A stretch of DNA of 63,712 nt, filler included, from Choristocarpus tenellus KU-1152 (taxonomy: Eukaryota > Protista > Phaeophyceae): NCBI GenBank assembly GCA_964200185.2. It is 11 parts of 11 records of this genome, joined end to end, with 100 filler letters (N's around TTAATTAATTAA, not from the genome) between each part and the next. Parts side by side here need not be neighbours in the genome. Positions count along the whole stretch, not along the records: positions 35,368 to 38,615 come from CAXNAD020021273.1; positions 38,716 to 49,206 come from CAXNAD020002896.1; positions 49,307 to 55,314 come from CAXNAD020009182.1; 8 more parts are not named here. One strand, written 5' to 3'. Shown piece by piece: positions 37,224 to 50,879 of this stretch. The stretch's first letter is position 1. Each line of letters starts with the position of its first letter. Under the pieces are notes generated by a model, which made no database searches, was not told the origin of the DNA, and saw only the letters and a program-made list of their open reading frames with translations. The position numbers and the translations under genes were made by a program.

Positions 37224-38977
37224 CTGTAGTGAATCATTATGAAATTTTGATTTACAACTACAACAGGGCTGTGGTGCAAGATATGCAATGCTTACGCACA
37301 TAATACCTTGCTTGCCAAATGGGAAGTATTTGGCTGTTGTTGTGGGGTCCACATACTCTCCCCACACCGTCATAAAATTGTATTATTATTTTAGAATATG
37401 TAGTACGTACATTAATTATAAATTATGTCCTCAATCTTGGAGATGTGCTAGGGGAAAAAACAATTCACATGTCAGAAAACAACTAAAAAAGTAACAGTTG
37501 TCGCAAATGTGAAAGACGTTCATCTAAGCACCATTTTACTACCAGATATGCTGCTCCACTTCCTTCCTGTGCTTCCAATCTAGCTTAGTCCTGCAACCCA
37601 GGGTGAGGAACTAGGGAAGTATCTCAAGAATCTAACCACCGTATAATATTGTAGTAGAATTCGATATATACAAACATATTTGTTTTTTCTCTCTTATAAC
37701 TACGACAAAACCTTCAACGAACTACGAATTGGTCCTTGTAGAAAAAAGAAGAGTCAAGAGAGTAGAGATCATCATTACGAGATGTCACAAAAACCTCAGA
37801 AGTACGACTTCCAAACCCACACACGGACACCTTGCAATAGCACCTATACCAAACTCACACAACAGCAGTAGTAGTAGTAGTAGTGTACGGCAAAGGTCTG
37901 CCTTGTTGTCATACGAATAGTTGGGGAGGTTCCTACAGTTGGGGAGGTTCCTACTGCATTTTTTAAAATGTAAGATCATTGTCAGAGGTGAGGGCCACAG
38001 GACGATAGCTTGCTGCTGAACAATATAAGATTTCCGACAAATAATTGTCAATAGTCTCTTTCGGAGAGATGTAATAAATATTGTACAACAGCAACAACTT
38101 ACCCCAACCCTGTTTTAAAGACAACCTTTTACTCACCCCTTACTCTTCCTCTAATCTTCTACCTCGCAGTGCCTGTAAAAATGACAGCAAAATCCACTGT
38201 GCATACATACACAACATACTTTAGTGGCGATGGAACCTTCACCCAGATGGACCTTGACAACAAATAGGGCATAGCACAGAGTTTAAGTTTGTGCCAGGCA
38301 GAATCGTGTTTATTAAGACAAATAGTTCCGTCAACAAAAACCAGAAGTGATATGTTGGGTTGGTATGATGACAGTATGAGAAGACCCCTGACATGCACAT
38401 TGAGTTAAATTGAAAATATCACGAGTTTTCGTTGGCAGGAAGGTCCACACCAACAGCAGATAAAGGTCCCAGACTCGTTGTCTATACCTGTTTCTATAGT
38501 TATGGACTCTCCAGGATTGCGCAGATATGTCTTGGAGTACGTTATAGTATTGATTTGATACAGCTTAAAAAAATACTGTACTACATTTAACTCAAAGTAT
38601 CTGGTGGGGGGGGGGNNNNNNNNNNNNNNNNNNNNNNNNNNNNNNNNNNNNNNNNNNNNTTAATTAATTAANNNNNNNNNNNNNNNNNNNNNNNNNNNNN
38701 NNNNNNNNNNNNNNNCCCCCTCATCTAGGATACTATGAGCCTCAATAGGTTGTAGAGCTCTACCCCTACCTTTGCTAGGTGTTCTAATGTTGACAACAGG
38801 TCCCCCCAACTGCTATTACGGAATAATAGAACGAGCCATGACATACTTCAGTTATCTGTGCTCTGATTTTCTGTCCTCTGATCTGCAGAAGAAAGCGTCG
38901 ATTCCTATTTTTGATGCTGGGGGCTGGGGGGAGAAGGATAAACGGTGGGAGGAGCACTGATATCGAGGGAAACCCAC

Positions 38978-41900
38978 CTATCTACACACAAAACACCCCG
39001 GATAGCTCTTCCATGAGGACCTGTCTTGATGGGCACGCCTATCCACGGCCAACCTTGCTGCTTGGGGTCTGCGAAAAAATGCAATCGCATAGCAATATCA
39101 TGCTTGGGCCCCTGGATCACCAATGACTTGCACATGTCCACAATATCCCAGGATGGGGTCTGCTTTGAGTTTTGTAGGCAAAGGAAAATGTTTGGGCTAA
39201 GAGCATGCTCTGTGCCACATGCAAGGGGTTGGGATGCCTGTGATGTAGTAAGATCAGGCAAGTCAAACTGTGGATGAGATTTACAGTTTCTTCAGTTGCC
39301 CAATGCCTTCCCATTTATAGAAATGTTGAGTGACTTGGTTTATCTGACTAGGGCACACATGAAATGTTCGATGAAATTCGAGCCATTCCTCATCCATATA
39401 CTTCTGGAGGGCAGAACACAATTGATATTGAGTAATTACAAAATCGGGGAAAAGGAATCCTGCTTCATGTAATGTAACTGTACTTACAGACCAGGTACAT
39501 CATCCTCATGTGTGCTCTAGGGAGATCGTACTGTATCAACTGATATGGTCTTTAGATTCTATTAATAGTTGGCAACTTCAGTCTATACATAGATAGTCTA
39601 CTGGGTTGGTGGGTAATACCATTGCCTGCACATCAGGTAAGTTTAGACAAGTAACTGAATCAACGTGTGCTTTCCTTCTGAATCTGCACTACTCACACCC
39701 TGTGAATCCCTCTCTTTGCCAAAAAGGAGTCACCACAGCAGGATGGTCATAACCACACTGGAGAAATATTGCTACATCCTAGAGGCTTAATGTAACTCGT
39801 AGGGGAATTAGATACTTATCAATTAATCTCCTCAGTACATGCCTCCCACCCCTCAACTTCTTCAGGACAAATTTTAGAGTGACTCTTCTGCCACCGTTTG
39901 TGCAGACCTGCTCTATTCCCAAAGGGCTATGGCATAGTACCCCTTGGTTTCCACATCGTCTCTATCCCTCAGCAAGTATATGTAGCTCCAAATAAGCAAG
40001 AGCATTGGACCATATACATTTTTGGTGGGTGTCATTCTTGTTGTTTGTACTAGAGGTAACCAGCAGCTTCACTACACCCCAAACGTAGCCCTGGCAGTGG
40101 CATACCTGCTCTTTCCAATACTTGTTCCCCTCCATATGTCTACTATGCCTATCTCTCCCAGCACAGGTGTTGACATCACCGCCGACAATACAGCCACCAT
40201 TCGCGATGGAGTGGCGATAAAGATGACACCCCTGTGCAAGAGATTGACCTCTACATTCTTCATAATGGAGTGATGCTCCGAATTTTGAAAGAAAACCACA
40301 ATATATGTTGACCTGGGGTATAGCCCAATGGATTGAAGCGACCACCTATTGAAGGGAGCCATGAGAGAGAGGTTTTAGGGCTGTCAGTTCCTGTGCAGAG
40401 GTGAAATATTTTACCACCCAATGTGTACAGTGATAATGCCCAATAATAAGTGTCCCCTGCAAATAGCCGAACAAAGTCCAGCTCCAAATCATGGCCCTAG
40501 CTCCAACCAAAAGAACTAACATTTGTGCTTTCTCCTCAGCAGTCCAAACGTCCCCCACCACCTAAGGCAAAGACACAACGCAAGTGCTTCAATCCTCAAA
40601 ATTGCACCTGCTTCATCAGATGTGCAGCGTCCTTTGCCACTACACCCTTGGATCCTTCCCCTAACACCTGCGCCACAGCTCCCTTTATATCCTTGAGCAT
40701 GGTTAATGGGAGGTTCCGCCTGTTGTTTCGCCCGTCCTCAGAGATTAAAGCAGCCTTACCTCTCTCATTGATCAGTACTGCGTTGCCTCCTTCTGTACTC
40801 TCCATTAACAGACATGTGGAGTGGGATCCCCACAACAAGATTGTCTGGCCTGGAGAAACCTTGTGAGATATGGAATAGTCAGGTATTTGGGACGGTGAGA
40901 GCTAGAGAAGGATATTTCATTTTTGTGCAGGGTTAATCCGGGTGAAAGTAGATCATAGATTGGATAGAAGACATGATATCAGAAATCAAGGTGGTTCCTA
41001 TGAGAGAGAGTATGTAAGATCAATGAGTGCTAATCCCTCGGGAAACGGATTAAAAAGGGTGGATGAAGAACAGTCTCCTCAACAGGAATTTACTTAGGCA
41101 AAGAAACCAATGACAGACGGAAAGCGTAATTCTCAAGTACATGCCTCTTCCCCTTGTCCAGAGAAAAAATATCACACACACCTCACTTTCTGGCAGGTAT
41201 TGCTGCTTGCCTCCTTGCATTTCAACTATCGCCACCCTCTTCTCCCCCTTCTCAACCAGCACACCCAACCTCCCATCCTTTATGCGAACTAGTACACCTT
41301 TCTGTCCATCACAGGTTTCAGCTGGAGTTGGAGTCCGCATGGGAGCAGAAAAGGCCAGGTCTCCCCCTGTCTCCACTTTGGCAACGGCAGCTGTCACATT
41401 CGCGCTATACTCCACTACAGGAAGATATTCTTCTCCTAAGGCCGTTCCCATCCCCCCAACTGCTGTAAGGATTAGTCCAGTAGCCTGGTCGGCAAAATCC
41501 TGGCAGCAGGTTGTGATCTCCCCAATTGCCTTTCTACGTATTTCTGTTCGCTGCTCACACCCAGCTATCCTCATAAATCCTATCTCAAGCTGGCTACACA
41601 GCTCGGACACAAGACCTACATCTTCTCCCTCTACAATCTTGCGATTGGACTTGCCACCACCAGCAACACTTGGTGTCCCTGGTGCCCTTCCCCCGCGCAC
41701 CAGGTTCCTCTTTGGGTGGGCATCAGGGAGATTCCTCACAACCCTTACCAAGTAACAGCCATCGGAGGCAGGACGACCCCCACCTTTCCGTGGGGTGAGA
41801 CGCTGAAGTCGACCAATGATCTCCCAGGGACGGGAGACCAGGGTGGTGGCTACATACCCACGACCCACAGCTCTCAACTCTCCTTTAGCAATATGATGAA

Positions 41901-44900
41901 CCTCACGCTGGTATGTTGTGAGCTTTGTCATGAGAGACTCTTCAATTGGGGTCATACCCAATCCTTTGATAACTATATTTGTGGAGGAATGCTTTCCCTC
42001 GTTGTACAAATGCGAGACTTGATCTGGAAAAACAGAGAGACTTTCATCCCTGGGCAATTCTGGTCCCTCAAATACCTTCACAGGAGGAAGGAAGGTAGTA
42101 CTTGCAATGGTTTGAGCACATCTGGCAGAAGCTTGAATGTTCATGACGACATCCCTCTTTCCATCATCAAGACTTGAGCTTTTTGCGCCTTCATCATTAG
42201 TAACACCATCTTCCCTTCTGATGCTCTCAGCCATGTCCCCATCATTTGTTGAAATGGCAGCCTTCCACTCAGCTCGAGAAAACACTGTTCCAGGCTCTCT
42301 GGAATGTGTCTCAAGTATGTGTACTTCAGTGCAGAATGTGATTACTTCTCTCAACAATACAACTAAAGTCTCAATTACTCCATCGTTAGTAGCGTCACGA
42401 CCACTCAACACAGCTGAAAGGGTTCCCTTGGCTCTTTCCCGCCGTTCAGCAAAAATTGCTTTCCCAAGGACCTCCCCCACCTCCTCAAGGAATTGCAGGA
42501 CTGGACGCTCTGGATGAGAACCTGTCACTGGATCATCGAGGCCAATATTCCCCCAGCCATCTACCCCTAGCACACCAAGGCGGTTGCTCCCAAATCGGAT
42601 GGGGACGCAAACATATGGCCATGGCCAGGAGTCATCACCCTCTTTGCCATCACCTTCATCACCTTTGTGATTCAAATCTATTGTATTGTTGGCCTTCGGA
42701 CTGTTCAAGTCCTTCCTATCGTTGTCTTGGCTCTCATGCATGCTCTTCCTCGTTTTCATGCACCTGAAACGTTCAACCCTCAGATGTTCTAGGGTGATGA
42801 GTCTACGCAATCGCCATCGGGGTACTCCTGCCTCTATGTCGCAGAAACCCTCATAAATGACATCATAGTATTCACGACCCCTGTCCCGAATTACAGCGCC
42901 GCACAACCACTTAGACGAGTACCAAACTTCAACTATATCACCAGCTTTTAGTTTACCACCATTGACTGACATCCCATATTCCCCATGCCATTTACTGTCC
43001 ACAGTCAGCTGAGGGTGTGGGTCACAAGCTGGGGGAGCATGGGAAGTGGGCGGCCCTGGTGCGTGGTATTGCACAACCAGCGACTCCAGCGGATCCAGAC
43101 AGGAAAAACTTACCCCCTGACCCCTTTGTAACAGCCGCCCACACATGTTGCTATTGGGAGTGGCAGCTTCATAGCATATAGTGTTACCTCCTAGCATGAG
43201 AGACCCTACATATACCCTGCATCCAGGTAGGGTCGCTGATATCTCTTCTAGTAGGGCTGGCAAGCTCTCACGGCCTGAGAATTTTGTACCCTCACATAGA
43301 TTGGATATTTGTCGTCGTGAAATTTTGCGGGTTTGTATCCGATGCTCTCGACCTCTGAGACAAGCTAAAGCCGACTCTATAGCCTGTGCCACTCTGGCAG
43401 CAAATCTACAGTCCTCTCTCCTGGGTTTGCTCTCCCCGGTTCCAGACACAGCCCCAGACGCCATACCTGATAATACACATCCATCATCGACAAAGAACTG
43501 CCGAAGGACAAGGGCAAAGCCTTTAGAATGTCGATCTGCCCCAAACCAAGAATTCCCCACCTTAAACTTGACATCATTGAATAGGGCGGATATTATCTCT
43601 GGAGTCTTTGATAAGGTCAGGATACGCCTGTACTCTTCTTCTTTGTCTCCTCGATCTAGCAGTTCCTTTGATTTTCCATTCATAACACAACTACCCCCTC
43701 CTCTCTTACACTTATCTCTGCAATCTGCACCTTCCCCCCCCCCCTCCGCATCATTCTCAGCAACCAGCCCTTCCTCTATGCAGTTGAAAAATGCCTCAAC
43801 ATCGTCTGGGTGTAGCAGGTGATCCACCCGTGCATTCGGCCGACGATATGCTCTTGCTGCACCAGCTTCTCCCTCAATCCCTGCCCACAGTTCTGTGTCC
43901 ATGGATCCAATACATCGAATCATTCCTCTGTTATCAGCTTGCCAAACCTCAGTTGCCTTAAGTGAGGGCACACACTCCAGCAGTGTTGCAAGAGCGGCAG
44001 CCATGAGTTCCCGGGTACGAGTGCGTAGATCTGTCTGGACCTGCCTCCGGTGTTTTAGTTAGAGGACATTGATTATTAATGATGGAACAAAATTGTTGTG
44101 TAGGTTGTGCTTTCTATTTTGTTGTGGAGCTGTAGGGCGTTGCGTAGATCTGTCTGGACCTGCCTCCGGTGTTTTAGTTAGAGGACATTGATTATTAATG
44201 ATGGAACAAAATTGTTGTGTAGGTTGTGCTTTCTATTTTGTTGTGGAGCTGTAGGGCGTTGTTCTTCTGCGAGCCTCAGAGTAGTGGTTGTTTTGATTTG
44301 ATAAAGGGTGGTAAGAGATGTTCAGCAAGCAGAAATGTGGACACATAATTACTCTTTGATAAACTAATGTTGATTTTACCCGTTCTCTGCTTCCAAAATA
44401 TACACAGTGCTGTGCCTGTTCCTAGACTGTTTCCTACTCATAGACCTCTCTCCGGTCCCTATATTGTTCTATATCAAGTCTGGTGATGGACTGCAAATAC
44501 GAGGTGATATATGTGCCCTAGATTTCACATATCCTGTCATCTTAGGAACTAAGAATGACAATGCTTAAATGTTGGTTAACGCCTGCATCATACTTGATAG
44601 TATTATTCCGTATTGCGTGAAAATGATTACAAGGACACAAGAACAAAGTCTCACCCAAAAGATACACCATGTTCAGTGTATTGCCAGTCTTACGCTAATA
44701 GGGAAAAGGCATATCTGCCTATGATTCCTCTCTTCACTCACCCCTTTCAGTCTGGTGATATGCACAGTTTTTCGGACATTATCCAAGACTGGACCAACCA
44801 TTGACCCAACCCAATGCAGATATTCCACAATTTCTGGTGATAGAGTCATTTGCTTGCCTGAACTATTGTCATCTTCAGAAATGATGCCATGCATGTCGCT

Positions 44901-47056
44901 TAGTGGGAGATCTGCCTGGACAAGACCATCTTCCCATCTTGGAAATGATGCCATCAGGTGATGAAAGATTAATCATTGGATGTAATATAAGTAAGGAGGT
45001 AGGAATTTGCTGCTTCATGCTATTATCAATATAATGCAACTTGGTTTGAAGCAATCCAATGATTTGCATTATTGATAGACTACGTGCTTAGAAGTTGGGG
45101 CAAGGGAGAGTGCGAGGGAAGGGTATTATCAAATGGACCAAAACTGATCGACAGTACGAAGATTTCAGGTCCGTGGCAATATTGCAAGCTTTCATTATTG
45201 GGTTGTGAAGGGTCAAAGAAGTGAGATATTTCTTGCAGCAATTCATACAAGTCACAACCATTCTCTCTCATCTTCTCACTTGATGGTGAACAACAATACT
45301 CTCTTCCTTGTAACCCTGGCAATGTGCCCATACACAACTTTTGAGGCAGTTCCTGCTGGGATGTCACCCACCCTGCCCTGTTCTGGCAGAGCCCTCTGTC
45401 GGATCAGTCGAACCTGCTTTGCTTCAAGAGGGTCTCCACCTTCAACTGGCGCCATTCTCACAGCACACCACTTTCGCCATGACTCATCAGCTACTGTGAA
45501 TCCAGAGCTGAAGCCGCGAGCCCCAAGAACCCCTATACAGTCAGCATCCCCCACCCCGGCCAGGGGGACCCACACCAGTGGTCGAGAGAATGTTGTTGCT
45601 TCTGGTTTGTCCCAGGGGGGTTGTAGCGGCACTTCTTCTATGGTAATGGGGGCAGCAGTAGGCAGTAACCCCCGACTGGACACGCTATCATTGATATTAC
45701 AATTATATTTGATACTGGCATCACAGTTCTCCTTAGGAAACGTCTTTTCACATGCAGTAGATAGTTGTATACCACTATCCCTTGATTTGTCTTCCGTCAC
45801 ACTCATGTCAACGAATGATGAGTATTTCCCCTTCTTCTCTAGGGTAGGCTTTCCTATCTCTTCAGCAGTTGTCTTGCCACCACTATGTGAGTGGAGCTCC
45901 TCGTCCCTTCTCTGGTGTCCCTCATTGCTTTCACTCCCCCCTTCGTCAATATGAACAAGTTTCTGCATATCCTCTTTCTTTCCTTGCCTATTGGACGCGA
46001 TAGGTTTGTCTGACTCTGGACTGTCATTACTGTTCTCACCCTGACGATCATTTGGGTTCAAGCTGGTCAATATTCCATCAACTACCGGACATCCCTTGTC
46101 AATGCAGTCAAACATTTTTTCAGCATCCAAGGGAATGTTTCCTTCCCCACTGGATGTATCACGCAGGGCATCACTCTCCAGCTGATTAAGTGCAACCCTT
46201 CCTGTACTCAATTTCTTTCCCCCCCTAACCAGTATTGGGGGGGATCCTAGCATTTTGTCAGTTGTGCCAATGATCCTCACCACTCGCTTTCCTGGTTGCA
46301 GAAGCCCAACATAGAGGCTGCAGCTGTAGAGAGGGGGTGAGATATTGGACTGAGAGTACAGATGAGGGTAAGAAGTTGTCATAGCTTCCTTGTGTCCGAA
46401 ATAGTACTCTAAATATTGCGAAAAGTGGCATGTTCAACCTACAGGTCATGAATGTGACAACAGGAATGTCAACAAATCTCAGCTGAATAATCCCACTCGA
46501 TAGAACCTCCATGCCTGGTTAGAACATTCTCCAGCTCGCGGATAAGGCCCTCAACGATGATTTCGACGGTGTCCGCATTTTTTCCCCCCTTGCAGAAGAG
46601 TTCGATTCGCTCTCTGGACTCCCGAAGAGCCCTCAGAATTCCGAATCTACTCTCGTCTTCCATATCGTAGATCTCGTCGCTTCCATAGTCTGCCACTAAT
46701 GTTGCTTCCCTTTGTCGACGGCTTGCCACTAGAGTGCCAATACGTTGCTCCTCCATAAGTGCCTGTTGATGGGAGTTTTGAATTGGGCGGTGGTCACAGG
46801 GATAGAACAAAGGCCGGTGAAAATCAGTTCGCCTGAAGATGTTGGGAGTAGTAGGCACCAAGTCGCCTTATAAAAGATTTTCTTGCAGCCTTGAATGGTA
46901 GGTAGAGTGGTTGCTACCACAAAGAGGACTGACCAGCTCAGTGTCGCTTGGGTCTTTGCGTTCTTTGGCGTCTCTGTTCCCGAAAATCTTTGTCGCCAAA
47001 AGATGTGCGCGTTTCCTACGCAAACGCTCGTATCTTCCATGTTCGTTAGTATCCAT
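38978..47056 (-). CDS. Large protein (~1,745 aa recovered, 3' incomplete) with tandem GAF-like repeats and a Tudor/Agenet-like domain. Exons 47056-46934, 46762-46515 (or 46497), 46323-45280, 44937-44742, 44040-41182, 40844-40608, 40345-40106, 39267-38978
   Basis: Phase-compatible splice sites link the long ORFs. Recurrent motifs: xYVGxL or IYCGFL, and (W)PxxxVPI...GVLxVD. Tudor-like segment: GDIVEVWYSSKWLCGAVIRDRGREYYDVIYEG. Confidence 0.8.
44022..44259. repeat. Perfect 119-bp tandem duplication spanning a splice acceptor
   Basis: 44022-44140 equals 44141-44259. Confidence 0.95.
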
Positions 47057-47351
47057 GATGATTAAGAAAATTCCGTCCTTCTACTTCAAGTATAACACCC
47101 CAGCGGGGCCCCCGCACTACAGGAGTTGATCTCTAGTCCTCGACACATTCACCAACCTCCAAATTCCTGTGTGACTAATGTGATGGTTTGGGGTGTTGAG
47201 TGGGGAGGACTGTGTTTTTTGTTTGTGTAGATTGTATTTGGGAAAATGGTGGTTGGATGATGGGCGGATGATGGGCGGATGGTGGGCGGGTGGCGATTAG
47301 TTTGAAACACCATTGTGATTGTTCAGCCAGGACAAAGAAGTGGTATGGAGT
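47057..47351. promoter_or_regulatory. Probable bidirectional promoter with three tandem GGGCGG boxes (about 47262-47290)
   Basis: 295 bp between divergent start codons; GATGATGGGCGGATGATGGGCGGATGGTGGGCGGG. Confidence 0.55.
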
Positions 47352-48619
47352 ATGGAGACGATAGACATTGGATGTGTGCTACCTATCGACCATTCTGTAG
47401 AACCTGGGAGAGCTCGGGGGAACACTGTGGAAGGAAGAGCCACAGCTGATGGGGATAAGCTGAGTACTGCGTGGATGATCAAAAACTGGAACGTCTCGAT
47501 TGGGTCATTTGTTGAGGAGGGGACTCGGCTTGCTACACTTGTGCGTACCGAAGTGGAGCAGGATGACGATCCAAGAGAAATATTTGTTGTAGGTACGTGA
47601 TACAGTGGTAGAAGGGGATGTCGAAGGTCATATGTCTTCATGAACACTTTTGGGTTGGAGATGGTGAGGAGGGTGTCAAGGGTTCAAAGGCGTCAAGCAG
47701 ACTGAAATGCTGAAAGAGTCCCTTCAGCCAGCGAAACCACCCCTCAAGAGTGCAAACACCAGAGAACATATACATATACACACGCACACACACACATATA
47801 TATATATATCGGTCAAGGGAGTAGAAGATAGCTGTGTAAGTAAACTTCCTGGTCATGTGTAATACAAGGATTGAAATCTATTTCTCTCTTGCTGTTCGTT
47901 GGCGTGGACCTTGCACCATTGCTTGAGATTTCTTCCTTTGATACTTCAATATATCCATTGCCCGGAAGAACTCCAAACGTGTCCGGCACTACCTCCAATG
48001 TTTTGACTTTTTGTCACTCCCAGGAATGTCACGCTTACGCAAAGTATCACACAATGCAACCTGTACATTGATGTTGAGTTGATAATAATAGTTGATTCTA
48101 GAATGAACAGTACCCTTACGCTTAACGTAGATATCATCGTCGCCTTTGACTGTCTAAATTAGGCCCATATTGGAACAAATCCGTTGCCCAGCCTTCCTCT
48201 CCACGCTCGCCTTCATCTCACCAACTCAACCATTACAGCACCACGTCAGGGAACGTTGTCGAAAATTTTGAAGAAGAACGGCAGCTATGTGGGCTGTGGT
48301 GGGAGCGGGCAAGGACGGGCGCGCAAAAAAGGGCAGGTTAAGGGACTACGGTCCCTTCAGGGCCCTGGTGAAGGTCGAAGTCAGGAGCAGGAGCAGGGAG
48401 AAACGATTATCCTCGGACGTCTTACGCATTGCTCGCACCCGGAGCTGCATGGCACCCTGTGTACGTCATGTGGACGAAACATTCTGTCTCCTCGGGGAAA
48501 GGAAAATGGCAGGAGGGGGGATGCACAAGGACTGCTCAATGGCCATAGCACAGACCTTACAAGCCCAATGAGAAAGGTCACGATGAAGGGTGGGGGGACA
48601 CTGACCATAACATCTAGGG
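47352..48619 (+). CDS. FCP1: FCP1-like RNA polymerase II CTD phosphatase, N-terminal exons (47352-47592, 48239-48619)
   Basis: Phase-1 splice gives WNVSIGSFVEEGTRL...VVAPRQGTLSKIL (lipoyl-like barrel) and CSHPELHGTLCTSCG (cf. FCP1 CSHPxxxxxLCxxCG), then TMKGGGTLTITS. The catalytic DLDxT exon is not in this segment. Confidence 0.72.
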
Positions 48620-50619
48620 GTGAGTGTGTGACTTGGAAGGGTCGTCTTGTACTCAAGGGAGATGGGGTTCTCATGGTGGCAATAGTGTTGAGTACGGCAT
48701 GAATTGGAGACAGGGAATGGGGATAGGGGTTCATCTGTGGGAGATGGAGGATGGGTATCCAACACTTGAAGAGATGCAGAGAGATGTTCATTTCATAACG
48801 TTTTTGTACTCCAGAACAATTTTTTTTCATGCTGCACCATCTGAGCATGAAAGGGCTGCCCGCATTACTCTACATGATGGTAATGTGCACAAATGTATAC
48901 AATTGCAAGTTTTAAGAGGCCACTTTGTAGCACTGGTGTGGAGGCAAGTTATGAGATCAGAGCATTTAAAGGGTTGCACCTCTAAGTGGGGATGGGGGTG
49001 TCGAAAGGGGGAGGGGAAAGCGGATTTCATGCTGCTCTGCTTCATCTACATGATGTAGCTACTACTTAGAACTTAAACCTTTGTCCGTCAAAATAAGTTC
49101 CTCTTGTACTATGCAGTATGTGTTTTATACATGGAGAGATCCAGACCTAAATCAACAAGCCCCATCCCCCCCCCCCAAACTTATATCCCCTAGCAAATAC
49201 CAACCCNNNNNNNNNNNNNNNNNNNNNNNNNNNNNNNNNNNNNNNNNNNNTTAATTAATTAANNNNNNNNNNNNNNNNNNNNNNNNNNNNNNNNNNNNNN
49301 NNNNNNGGATACTGTAAATGCACTTTTTCTTATTTTGGCCCAAATGGACACCCTGGTGTAGATCCCCCCCCCCCCTCCCAGATACTTTGGGTCCACTGTG
49401 TATGGTCTAATAGGTGACCGATGGGGTGGTCATGTGTGTGTCAGATCACGTCATCAGGGGATCATGGAACAGGGATGTTTGCCAAGCAATGGCAGATAAT
49501 TTACGTATTGGTCTGGGCGAGTCGAAATGATGTAAACAAGGGTTGCTGAAAGAGATGTAACGATAAAGTAGTACACAGTACAGTTGCAAGAAGTGACGCA
49601 AAGAATTACCCAACAGGATGGTCACAATATCTTCGCCCGAGTGGGTGTAATTCCGCAGACGAGTGGATGCAAAATTGTGTAGAAGCAAGATGCAAATAAA
49701 TGGTTGTGATGTGAGATGGAAGGGCCTACAACAGAAGAGGGATATTCTGAGAGAAGAAATCAATATCCTCATTGCAACATAATCGTTTTAGGAAATAGCT
49801 ACATGTAACCAGAAGAGTAAGAGTAACATAAATGGAGTGCATGCACCCACGTAGACCTTCAATGACACCTCGACATGCATTTTGAGTCGCAGGAGGATAA
49901 ACACAAAAGAAAATTCTGTTGAATTTTATTGCATTCAAATCCTACTCCACTGTAGTTGGAGAGGGACATGATTGAGCTGAGAACACATAGTGCCAACAGA
50001 GTGCCAAATAGTGCCAGAGTGCCAAAAACTATTGGTCGCTGGGGACATTGGGTGCAAACCCAGTCAAACATCCTTGAGGGATACTCACCTACCCAACGTG
50101 TAATACAAGGTGCAAGCAAGAGTCAAATATTCTGGTAACACCTGAACGATGTCAGAGTGTTGGGATTCTAAAATTTGAAGAGATAATGCACCATTTGGTT
50201 GTGCAAATTAGGGAGGGACAACGTCTACCACCAAACTACATACCAAGGGCAGTAAGCAACTTTTTAGCAATGTTTGTCATAATGTACCAGAGTCGAGCAT
50301 CTAGAAAGCATAGGAAGAAGCACAAAAGATGGTTTCATCTGCAACCAAACTTGTGGTTGCTTGAGAGATTTCAAAGGGTTTTGGCAATCATGTTTTCTGA
50401 AATGGTTAGACCAGGGTCAAAGTAGCAGTAGAATCAAGCCACGAGATTGTGTACCATAGTTGTTTTAAATACATATGATCAATCACAATGTTATTATTTT
50501 CCCAATGACACTTTCATCGAAGGTAGACATGGCTGCCTGGGATTGATTCTTTTTGCCTCTCAGTTCCTTTGTCTCCTTGTGACATGTTGGTCACCTTCTT
50601 AAAGAGGTCCGGGTTAAAA

Positions 50620-50879
50620 GAGTCAAAGCATCTTAGAGGGTAGATCCGCGTCCATTTGGACGCCAATATCTAATGTTTTCAATTTTGATGTAATTTTGGT
50701 TTTCGTGTTTGTTAGGAAGTGTCAATAACCATGTTCTGGACACACCTTTTCATAACATATACATTTAACCTGCTCCAAAACATTTTGGAGTAGGTAAAAT
50801 GTCATTAAAAACCCGTGGGAAGTCAAGCCTCAAATGGACAAACAGGTAAATATTTGTACCCTCCAAGATACTTTCACTC
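50620..50879 (-). mobile_element. MITE family A, TSD AAAA
   Basis: Both TIRs, AAAA on each side. Confidence 0.88.

Noticed and set aside
41110-45954. Plus-strand ORFs of 200-250 aa
   Set aside because: Antisense shadows of the large minus-strand exons.
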